Origin: a virus
Taxonomy: Duplodnaviria > Heunggongvirae > Uroviricota > Caudoviricetes
Virus record (IMG/VR): IMGVR_UViG_2695420871_000005
Strand: one strand, 5' to 3'
Length of the DNA: 5,697 nt
A model generated the notes under the pieces. That model worked only from the letters and a program-made list of their open reading frames with translations, had not been told where the DNA came from and did no database searches. The position numbers and the translations under genes are program-made. This document shows positions 1-5,641 of the stretch, in pieces. How positions within the stretch are numbered: the stretch's first letter is position 1; each line of letters begins with the position of its first letter.

Positions 1-61
1 GGCAGCGGGCTTGTAATGGGTTAAGTGATAACAGATGTCTGGAAATATAGGGGCAAATCCA
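1..61 (+). mobile_element. IS2 right terminus (IRR end), partial; the body of the IS lies left of the window
   Basis: Positions 1-61 match my recollection of the last 61 bp of IS2 (...GGCAGCGGGCTTGTAATGGGTTAAGTGATAACAGATGTCTGGAAATATAGGGGCAAATCCA). Its reverse complement is a near-perfect inverted copy of 5642-5697. Identification is from memory, not a search. Confidence 0.75.
3..50 (+). CDS. 3' end of IS2 transposase OrfB (InsD), partial; start is outside the window
   Basis: In-frame translation of 3-47 gives [15 protein letters not shown] with TAG stop at 48-50, which matches the IS2 OrfB C-terminus as I recall it. Confidence 0.6.
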   Translation, partial: QRACNGLSDNRCLEI

Positions 62-160
62 CTTACGCTTATCTTCTCTTATTTTGAAATACAGATTCGT
101 CAGATAAGTCAGAAGCCCCAGAAGCAGACTTCCCAGCACACCAATCGCAGCCCACTGTGA
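62..160. repeat. 99-bp direct repeat, copy A (duplicate of holin 3' half), directly abutting the IS2 end
   Basis: 62-160 aligns with 723-821 at 97 of 99 positions (mismatches at 71 vs 732 and 97 vs 758). Homology begins exactly at the IS2 boundary and ends at ...cccactgtga. Confidence 0.9.
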
Positions 161-207
161 GACGATGATGCAGATAACCAGAGCGGAGATAATCGCGGTG
201 ACTCTGC

Positions 208-705
208 TCATTGCTGCCCCCACAAACAGACTTCACGCTCAATCTCACGACGGGTCATCAGCCCTTTCCATTGCTTACCGCCAGCATATGTCCAGCGACG
301 TAGCTGGTCACATGCGCCTTTGATATCGCCCTGGTTTATTTTGCGAAGAAGCGTCGATGTTCTGAAATTGCCAGCGCCCACGTTGTAAACGAACGAGTAA
401 AGAGCGCCGCGCGTTGTTTCCGGTATATCGACTTTGATGTACGGGTTAATTTGTCTGGCGACAGTGGCAAGGTCTTTATTCAGGAGGGCTTTGCATTCTG
501 CTTCGGTATACGTTTTACCGAGCATGATGTCTTTTCCGGTGTGTCCGTGACATACAGTCCATACACCAATGATATCTTTGTATGGTATGTAGCTGACACC
601 TTCCAGACCATCGTTACCACCTGGGCCAGTGATTAACACAGATGCTATAGCAACAGCCCCACCACCAATAGCAGCTGCAACAGCCTTGCGTAATGATGGC
701 GACAT
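208..705 (-). CDS. R: SAR endolysin (phage-21 R21-type lysozyme), 165 aa
   Basis: The N-terminus [30 protein letters not shown] is a Gly/Ala-rich weakly hydrophobic signal-arrest-release helix. E35, D44 and T50 ([17 protein letters not shown]) fit a T4-lysozyme-like catalytic triad. The start overlaps the holin stop at 705. Confidence 0.93.
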   Translation of the reverse strand: MSPSLRKAVAAAIGGGAVAIASVLITGPGGNDGLEGVSYIPYKDIIGVWTVCHGHTGKDIMLGKTYTEAECKALLNKDLATVARQINPYIKVDIPETTRGALYSFVYNVGAGNFRTSTLLRKINQGDIKGACDQLRRWTYAGGKQWKGLMTRREIEREVCLWGQQ

Positions 706-920
706 TATTCACCTCTCGCAGCCTTACGCTTGTCTTCTCTTATTTTGAAATACAGATTTGTCAGATAAGTCAGAAGCCCCAGAAGCAGACTTCCCAGCAC
801 ACCAATCGCAGCCCACTGTGATGGACTGACCTGATCCAACCACTGCAAAAACCAGTAGCCGGCACTGCCGGCGGAGGTGCCGTAGGCAATGCCTGTTGAT
901 ATTTTTTCCATCTGATACAT
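705..920 (-). CDS. S: Class II pinholin / antiholin (phage-21 S21-type), 71 aa with dual start at Met1 and Met4
   Basis: [71 protein letters not shown] has two TMDs and a charged C-terminal tail, and the 71/68 dual-start arrangement of S21. It sits immediately upstream of the endolysin. Confidence 0.9.
   Translation of the reverse strand: MYQMEKISTGIAYGTSAGSAGYWFLQWLDQVSPSQWAAIGVLGSLLLGLLTYLTNLYFKIREDKRKAARGE
723..821. repeat. 99-bp direct repeat, copy B, inside the intact holin gene (codons 34-66)
   Basis: Partner of 62-160; lies within the S coding sequence. Confidence 0.9.
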
Positions 921-948
921 ATCCCGCCCCCCGACAGACCTGTGCTAT

Positions 949-986
949 CGGAAAGAAAAAAGGCCATCAGCAAAACTCTGATGGCC
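949..986 (-). terminator. Intrinsic terminator about 30 nt upstream of S
   Basis: On the minus strand: stem GGCCATCAG (986-978), 7-nt loop, CTGATGGCC (970-962), followed by TTTTTTTCTTTCC (961-949). Confidence 0.6.
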
Positions 987-1031
987 TGAATCACCTTTAC
1001 CAATATTGTATGAAAAAACACGCACGACTAA

Positions 1032-1060
1032 TTGACAATAATTTTCATTTCCATTAAAAA
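1032..1060 (+). promoter_or_regulatory. Candidate sigma70 promoter pointing away from the lysis genes
   Basis: TTGACA at 1032-1037, 17-bp spacer, TAAAAA at 1055-1060. The -10 is weak because the final T is missing. Confidence 0.3.
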
Positions 1061-1066
1061 AGATCG

Positions 1067-1163
1067 CGTAGCATTCTTAATTCATGAGGAACTTTACCCG
1101 CCAGCAATCTGAGTAGCGAAAGCTGTTCATCCCCAATGTTTTTGCTGGCGGGTCCTTTTTTCT
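1067..1163 (+). ncRNA. Candidate small RNA of about 100 nt (hypothetical)
   Basis: Bounded by the candidate promoter at 1032-1060 and a plus-strand terminator at 1096-1163. The only ORF inside is 10 codons with no RBS. Not supported by homology. Confidence 0.25.
1096..1163 (+). terminator. Plus-strand terminator-like hairpin
   Basis: Perfect 12-bp stem ACCCGCCAGCAA (1096-1107) with TTGCTGGCGGGT (1142-1153), a 34-nt loop, then CCTTTTTTCT. A second GC hairpin with a T-rich tail follows at about 1172-1205. The T-runs are on the plus strand only. Confidence 0.4.
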
Positions 1164-1600
1164 ACGGTCCTCCTCCCCGGAGGGGGGCATTTCATTATTT
1201 TTCTAATCGTTACTGGTGAGAAGGCGGAAGAAAAAGCCAGTTCTTCGCCCCTAAATAACAGCATGATTCCAGTCCATGCAAAATCTGATTTCCAGCTCAC
1301 ACATACCGAGCACTGTACAAAAAACCGCCAGCCAAGGCAGTTAAGAGTGTGTTCCCGGGGTTTGCTTAGAATATTTTGTAAGTTGTCCGAAGAGATATTT
1401 ACAACACCAGAATGATGAATCATCAGTCCCCTGCCAGAGGTTCACTACGTAACCTGACCGACAATGCACCATTCTGGTGCTGAAAAAAGAGCACTGGAAC
1501 TGCAACAAAACAACATCACAGAACAGGAGATGGTAAGGAGTCAGACATTCCCACACAATATTGTGTCAGTGCAAATAACAACCTTCGTCTCAAATCTCGC

Positions 1601-1675
<75 letters not shown>

Positions 1676-1678
1676 ATA

Positions 1679-1754
<76 letters not shown>

Positions 1755-1759
1755 GCAGG

Positions 1760-1833
1760 CCCACCACCGAGGACTCGAACCTCGCACCGTCAACTTAGAA
1801 GGTTGATGCTCTATCCGGATGAGCTAGTGGTGG
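1760..1833 (-). tRNA. tRNA-Arg (anticodon UCU, reads AGA/AGG); 3' CCA not encoded
   Basis: Acceptor CCACCAC/GUGGUGG, D-stem GCUC/GAGC, anticodon stem UCAAC/GUUGA with loop CUUCUAA, T-arm CGAGG-UUCGAGU-CCUCG, discriminator G followed by CCU. Confidence 0.8.
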
Positions 1834-1834
1834 T

Positions 1835-1911
1835 TGGTGGCCCTTGCTGGACTTGAACCAGCGACCTGGCGATTATGAGTCGCTCGCTCTGACCAACTGA
1901 GCTAAAGGGCC
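1835..1911 (-). tRNA. tRNA-Ile2 (anticodon CAU, presumably lysidine-modified, reads AUA); ileX/ileZ-like
   Basis: GGCCCUUUAGCUCAG...GCGACUCAUAAUCGC...GGUUCAAGUCCAGCAAGGGCCACCA, with acceptor GGCCCUU/AAGGGCC. The body closely resembles E. coli tRNA-Ile2 as I recall it; the CAU anticodon alone cannot exclude tRNA-Met. Confidence 0.8.
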
Positions 1912-1920
1912 GGAGGCAGA

Positions 1921-1949
1921 ATAATAACCATATGTCATCACATCTGCAA
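1921..1949 (-). promoter_or_regulatory. Candidate sigma70 promoter for the tRNA cluster
   Basis: Minus strand: TTGCAG (1949-1944), 17-bp spacer, TATTAT (1926-1921), then the GC-rich discriminator TCTGCCTCC. The first tRNA 5' end at 1911 is about 10 nt downstream. Confidence 0.5.
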
Positions 1950-1998
1950 ACTCATCTGACCACCAGCACGTTTAACGTCCTGTGCCGTTTTTCAGGTA

Positions 1999-2022
1999 TA
2001 AAAAAACCCGCTCATCGGCGGG
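1999..2022 (-). terminator. Intrinsic terminator downstream of the ORF6N-like gene
   Basis: Minus strand: stem CCCGC/GCGGG (2022-2007, extendable by A-T pairs) with a 6-nt loop, followed by TTTTTTTAT (complement of the A-run at 1999-2006). Confidence 0.6.
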
Positions 2023-2100
2023 TTTAAGCTGTGTGGCGTAGTAACCACTCTTAACAGGATATTCAACTTTTTACGATCGTAAAGTTTTCGGAAAAAATTT

Positions 2101-2664
2101 TTAAAACCGCATCAACCGCTCCACCAGTTGCTCTTTACGGGCAACGATCCACCCGTGTTGCTCCAGATAAAATTTAAACCGTTCCAGAGTACATACCATC
2201 GCATCGGCGGGTACCTTTTCCGTGAACTCAACCTGACCGTGTTTATCGAAGTGGCTCAGTAATGCGCATCCATCATTTTCGATAGATGTGTTTTGTGCCG
2301 CTGGTGGCTGTTTCTGGTTGAAATAACAGTCTTCCAGTTTTTCGAACACTTCCCACGCCTGATCGGTTTCGAGCATTTTGGCGTGACGGGCTGCGCCACG
2401 TTCTGTCCAGAGGATGAGGGAGCGAACGTTACGGGCAATTTTCACAGAAACTCTTAAAGAGTTTTCGTTCTTCAACTCTCGTAACGCATCACCTTCTATC
2501 AGGAAAAAATGTTTACCTTCTATAAACCGTTCTTTGTTTCGATTGAAATTGTTTGTCAAACGCTGGCGCTCTGTTCCGTACAAATCAGCCAGCAGCTCTG
2601 TTGTCATGACAGGAAGATGGTTATGCGTAAGTGACGGGAGTTTTTCAATAGACGTGCGATTCAT
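2101..2664 (-). CDS. ORF6N-like phage protein (KilA-N/Bro-N superfamily, antirepressor-like DNA-binding N-domain) with an unassigned C-terminal domain, about 187 aa
   Basis: Start chosen at ATG 2664-2662 (AAGGA RBS 7 nt upstream); the ORF track's longer N-terminus (GTG at 2862) has no RBS. Motifs LADLYGTERQRLTNNFNRNKERFIEGKHFFLIEGDALREL and LWTERGAARHAKMLETDQAWEVFEKL fit my recollection of ORF6N. The C-terminal 80 aa have no recognisable family. Confidence 0.7.
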   Translation of the reverse strand: MNRTSIEKLPSLTHNHLPVMTTELLADLYGTERQRLTNNFNRNKERFIEGKHFFLIEGDALRELKNENSLRVSVKIARNVRSLILWTERGAARHAKMLETDQAWEVFEKLEDCYFNQKQPPAAQNTSIENDGCALLSHFDKHGQVEFTEKVPADAMVCTLERFKFYLEQHGWIVARKEQLVERLMRF

Positions 2665-2870
2665 AGACATGTCCTTTCGAATATTTTGATTTACCCCTTT
2701 TGAGAGGGTGACCGGGCGCTCAAAACCGTCGAAAGTCGGCGGGCGTATTTCCATTGCTGGTATTGTATTAGCCGCACACCCGGTCATAAACCAAGAATTC
2801 TGGACACAAAAAAACCACATGGCTATCGGGTGTGGATACCGCTTTCGAGGTGTTTTGAGCACCGCGGGGA

Positions 2871-2899
2871 AATGTAAACTGCAAACCTGAAACTGTCAA
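2871..2899 (-). promoter_or_regulatory. Candidate sigma70 promoter for the ORF6N moron
   Basis: Minus strand: perfect TTGACA (2899-2894), 17-bp spacer, TACATT (2876-2871). It would give a roughly 200-nt 5' UTR. Confidence 0.4.
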
Positions 2900-3024
2900 C
2901 ACCGTCAGGTTCCAATCATCGGGTGGTGAGACGCACAGGGTTGGAACTACCGGGAAACCGACCGGCGAGCTTTTCAGCTCCCCCATGCGCCCCACCATAA
3001 TTCAGATGTGCGCGTGCATACGAC

Positions 3025-3049
3025 AATAAAAAACACGCTCGCGGCGTGT
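3025..3049 (-). terminator. tR'-like intrinsic terminator downstream of the late promoter
   Basis: Minus strand: stem ACACGC/GCGTGT (3049-3033) with loop CGCGA, followed by TTTTTATT (3032-3025). Confidence 0.6.
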
Positions 3050-3110
3050 GTCTGTCGCGGTCTCTATCCGGGGTTCCAATCCCGACGCCAGATTTTGCTG
3101 GCGCGTGAGG

Positions 3111-3140
3111 AATATAGCCCCGGACAATGTGTCTGGTCAA
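3111..3140 (-). promoter_or_regulatory. PR'-like late promoter (target of Q antitermination)
   Basis: Minus strand: TTGACC (3140-3135), 18-bp spacer, TATATT (3116-3111), starting 4 nt after the Q stop codon. A hairpin CGCCAG/CTGGCG lies in the early transcribed region (about 3083-3104). Confidence 0.6.
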
Positions 3141-3144
3141 GCAC

Positions 3145-3531
3145 CTACATAATTCGTTCTACGTATCTGTCCATCTCCAGCCGGATATCAAGCATCATCA
3201 ACATGCCATCAATAACCCCTTCCGCTTTCTGCAGGCGCTTGCCAATACAGGTATCCGAACACCCATGTTTCCGTGCCAGACTCATAAAAGTCATTCCACC
3301 TACGTAATAATCCACCAGCAAATCGTGCAAATCCTGATTTTTCTTGTTCAACCGGGCCATACAGCCACAAATTATCATTGCATCATCATCAGAACACTGA
3401 GGGCGTGATTTCACTTTCGACGGAATTAACCCTTTAAAACCAGCAGCGATCGACGCCCAGGATACATCTTCATGAGTGTTTGCAGCCCAAGCCCCCCACC
3501 GTTCCATAACCTGCTGAATATCACGCGCCAT
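3145..3531 (-). CDS. quuD: Late-gene antiterminator Q (phage-82 / DLP12 QuuD family), about 128 aa
   Basis: [61 protein letters not shown]... closely matches QuuD as I recall it, including the cysteine cluster. Start chosen at Met8 of the track ORF (GGTGA RBS 5 nt upstream). It is followed directly by the PR'-like promoter. Confidence 0.88.
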   Translation of the reverse strand: MARDIQQVMERWGAWAANTHEDVSWASIAAGFKGLIPSKVKSRPQCSDDDAMIICGCMARLNKKNQDLHDLLVDYYVGGMTFMSLARKHGCSDTCIGKRLQKAEGVIDGMLMMLDIRLEMDRYVERIM

Positions 3532-3892
3532 CGTTATCACCTGTGATTTCATAAATCTTCACGCCCAGTCGCCCACCAGGAACGAGCTGACCGCGCACAA
3601 TATTGATTTCATCAAACTGCTCGTCGTCTATGAGTAGTCCGGCATGCGTCAGCGCATCCAGTGGTGCTTTCAGGATATTGTCCAGGTCACGACGGCGCTT
3701 ATCCGGTGGCTCTGCAATAATCTTTATCGCCAGCCTTCCGGACAGGTTTAATTTCAGCCGCTGCTGGCGAACAATTAGCGTCACATCACGGCGATAACGC
3801 TCACCAACTTTTGATACAAAATATGTGCTGCCACGACGTCGCCAGTAAGTATTCACCGTCGGCGGATAAGGTAAAATAAACTCATGGCGCAT
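3521..3892 (-). CDS. rusA: RusA-family Holliday-junction resolvase, 123 aa
   Basis: [22 protein letters not shown]... with the acidic catalytic motif RRRDLDN and downstream LIDDEQ. AGGAGG RBS 10 nt upstream. The start overlaps the upstream stop; the 3' end overlaps the Q start by 11 nt. Confidence 0.88.
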   Translation of the reverse strand: MRHEFILPYPPTVNTYWRRRGSTYFVSKVGERYRRDVTLIVRQQRLKLNLSGRLAIKIIAEPPDKRRRDLDNILKAPLDALTHAGLLIDDEQFDEINIVRGQLVPGGRLGVKIYEITGDNDGA

Positions 3893-4149
3893 CAGCGCAG
3901 CACCTCCTGCACCATTTTTTCAAACTTTCCAACTTTGGTTTCCAGCTCTGCCACACAATCAACGAGCTCATCCACCGCTTTTTGTGCGCGATGTTTCGCC
4001 TGCATCAGTTCCCTGAGCGCTGGCACCATATCCCGACGAATGGCATCTTTTGTTACACCTGTTTTTTCCAGTTGTTCCGCCTGTCGCAACATTTCCTGCG
4101 CGTGTTTACGCAATTGTTCAGAGGTAAAAGTCATTGTCTGGTTGTTCAA
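3892..4149 (-). CDS. Hypothetical small protein (85 aa from TTG, or 80 aa from ATG at 4134), predicted helical/coiled-coil, family not recognised
   Basis: TTG at 4149 lies 7 nt after a GGAG RBS and overlaps the helicase stop (TTGA). The sequence ...LRQAEQLEKTGVTKDAIRRDMVPALRELMQAKHRAQKAVDELVDCVAELETKVGKFEKMVQEVLR is charged and helical. It sits in the nin-region position between the helicase and rusA. Confidence 0.55.
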   Translation of the reverse strand: MNNQTMTFTSEQLRKHAQEMLRQAEQLEKTGVTKDAIRRDMVPALRELMQAKHRAQKAVDELVDCVAELETKVGKFEKMVQEVLR

Positions 4150-5537
4150 AAGAAACGCTCCATCTTACTGCTGTCGGTACGTGTATTGCTGTATCTGCGC
4201 GGCTGGGGCTGCCGCATTGGGGTGGAAAGAACCTGTGCGCTTTCCTGGTCCACAGGCAGAAAATGTCCGTTATAAAAACGCCGGTAAATCGTCCCCAGAG
4301 AACCGTTACGTTGTTTCGTGATATTAATTTCTGCTATGCCTGTAGCCTGTGTATCCGGGTTGTACACTTCATCCCTGTAAAGCATCAGAATGATGTCTGC
4401 ATCCGCCTCTATTTCTCCGGAATTTTTCAGGTCTGAGTTCATGGGACGTTTATTGGGTCTGGACTCCACACCGCGGGAGAGCTGGCTCAGCGCAATCAAC
4501 GGAAAACCACCGGATTTTGCCAGGCCTTTAAGCCCCTTTGAGATTTCACCCACGGCAAGGTCATGACGCCCCGTGGTTCGGGTTTTTATCAGCCCGAGAT
4601 AATCAACCACCACCAGCGCCGTTTCCGGATGTTTAATCAGATGGTGTTTCGTTGTTGCGCATATCTCATCAATGGTCAGGTTCGCCTGGTCCACCATCCA
4701 GATATTGCGCCCGGTCATCCGCCCCACCCCTTGTGAGAAACGCGCCCAGTCTTCATCTTCAAAGTGAGCCACAGATTTCAGGCGTGATACTGGCATCCCT
4801 CCAGCCGCAGACACCATACGTTCACCAATCTGGATGTTCGCCATCTCCATGGTGAACAGAAGCACACCATGCCCCTGCTCAGTCACCTTGTCGATGATGT
4901 CCAGCGCAAGTTCGGTTTTCCCCATCGAAGGACGGGCGGCAATGAATACCAGGTCTCCGGGCTCCATACCGCCTGTTTTTGCGTCCAGTTCATCAATACC
5001 GGTCATCAACGTCCTGGATTTCTCCAGCCCCTGATTCCGGCATTCAACACGCTCAACCACTTCCGGAAGCACATCATCAATATGTACCGGCTGAATGACG
5101 CCCTTTCCTGTCGACAGTGTGACCATCATGTTCTGCGCATCCTTCAGGGCATCTTCAGCTGCTTCACAGGTATGCGCATCACGTAATTTCTGCAGCGCCT
5201 CATTCAGTGTTTTTTCTGCATCGCGCAGTGCGGCATTGCGCCGCAACGCTGCAACATAGTGCTCCAGTGAAGACTTCACCCAGGTTTTACGCCCGGTATC
5301 AGTAATCACCGGGGCAAGTTCCGGCATCTCATTACACAACAGCACGGGGTCAATCACTCCTGAAACACGGGCCTGTCTGCAGATGCCTGTGTAGATATCC
5401 CGATACGCTCGTACAGAAAAAATGTCCGCCGGTAGTGTGATCAGAATATCCATCACTTCATGATCTGCCCCACGCAGAAAGAATGCGCCAATGACAGCGC
5501 CTTCCAGGTCATCATTACGCCAGACTGGTGTTGTCAT
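4146..5537 (-). CDS. DnaB-family replicative DNA helicase (P22 gene-12-like), 463 aa
   Basis: Start chosen at MTTPVWRNDDLEGAVIGAFFL (ATG 5537-5535, GAGGTG RBS 7 nt upstream) rather than the track's Met at 5678, which lies inside the IS. Walker A is ARPSMGKTELALDI, Walker B is ALVVVDYLGLI, with IALSQLSR and a DnaB-like N-terminal domain. Confidence 0.9.
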   Translation of the reverse strand: MTTPVWRNDDLEGAVIGAFFLRGADHEVMDILITLPADIFSVRAYRDIYTGICRQARVSGVIDPVLLCNEMPELAPVITDTGRKTWVKSSLEHYVAALRRNAALRDAEKTLNEALQKLRDAHTCEAAEDALKDAQNMMVTLSTGKGVIQPVHIDDVLPEVVERVECRNQGLEKSRTLMTGIDELDAKTGGMEPGDLVFIAARPSMGKTELALDIIDKVTEQGHGVLLFTMEMANIQIGERMVSAAGGMPVSRLKSVAHFEDEDWARFSQGVGRMTGRNIWMVDQANLTIDEICATTKHHLIKHPETALVVVDYLGLIKTRTTGRHDLAVGEISKGLKGLAKSGGFPLIALSQLSRGVESRPNKRPMNSDLKNSGEIEADADIILMLYRDEVYNPDTQATGIAEINITKQRNGSLGTIYRRFYNGHFLPVDQESAQVLSTPMRQPQPRRYSNTRTDSSKMERFF

Positions 5538-5641
5538 GCAGCCACACCTCTGATACAAGAACGGTAGCTGGGCCAGTTGAACGACAACCAGTTGCGCCCC
5601 CCGTCTGTGATCCTGTCGGCAATGCGGGGGCTGATGAACGC
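5534..5641 (-). pseudogene. 3' fragment of the gene upstream of the helicase (probably a replication initiator), truncated by the IS2-like insertion
   Basis: An open frame ending ...FISPRIADRITDGGRNWLSFNWPSYRSCIRGVAA with its TGA overlapping the helicase ATG (ATGA), typical of coupled phage replication genes. The frame runs into the IS terminus at 5642, so the native 5' part is missing. Too short for a confident family call. Confidence 0.35.

Larger units (their letters stand above)
2..211 (-). pseudogene. Chimeric reading frame: Rz spanin N-terminus (17 codons) fused to holin codons 34-66, continuing into IS2; no stop inside the window
   Basis: ATG at 211-209 overlaps the R stop (ATGA), as Rz starts do in lambdoid phages. 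Translation is [17 protein letters not shown] (Rz-like signal anchor), then [33 protein letters not shown] (identical to the holin TMD2 and tail encoded at 723-821), then [20 protein letters not shown] read from the IS2 end. It is not in the ORF track because it runs off the window edge. Confidence 0.6.

Noticed and set aside
451-636. Plus-strand ORF (61 aa) inside the endolysin gene
   Set aside because: Antisense to a well-supported CDS, no RBS, low-complexity composition.
770-1021. Minus-strand ORF (83 aa) overlapping the holin in another frame
   Set aside because: Out-of-frame overlap with the holin and spans the terminator hairpin. Pro/Ala-rich translation typical of an alternate frame.
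1171-1205. GC hairpin CCCC-GGA-GGGG with T-rich tail as an independent feature
   Set aside because: The stem is short and imperfect. It is kept only as supporting evidence for plus-strand termination in the candidate sRNA finding.
1127-1556. Minus-strand ORFs of 98 aa and 71 aa in the tRNA-to-S gap
   Set aside because: No RBS, Cys/Trp-rich atypical composition, mutually overlapping. Treated as noncoding; see the gap finding.
2256-2689. ORFs of 60 aa (minus) and 91 aa (plus) inside the ORF6N-like gene
   Set aside because: Alternate-frame or antisense overlaps of a supported CDS, with no start context.
2101-2862. Track ORF giving the ORF6N-like gene a 66-aa N-terminal extension from a GTG start
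   Set aside because: The extension is Cys/Trp-rich, has no RBS, and overlaps the predicted moron promoter. The ATG at 2664 has an AAGGA RBS and starts just before the ORF6N-like motifs.
2708-3140. Small ORFs (2708-2890 plus, 2768-2998 minus, 2916-3140 minus) in the Q-to-moron intergenic region
   Set aside because: They overlap the PR' promoter, the tR' terminator and the moron promoter, and have no RBS. The region is better explained as regulatory.
3008-3408. Plus-strand ORFs (99 aa and 93 aa) antisense to Q and tR'
   Set aside because: Antisense to supported features, with no RBS.
3145-3552. Track start of Q at 3552 (MKSQVITM...)
   Set aside because: QuuD-like proteins begin near MRDIQ. 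The internal Met at 3531 has a GGTGA RBS at 5-nt spacing; the longer form is unlikely.
3603-5186. Plus-strand ORFs (3603-3797, 3884-4321, 3982-4275, 4134-4436, 4652-4855, 4834-5034, 4869-5186) antisense to rusA, the 85-aa gene and the helicase
   Set aside because: Ser/Cys-rich low-complexity translations typical of antisense frames of GC-balanced coding DNA. No RBS and no recognisable domains.
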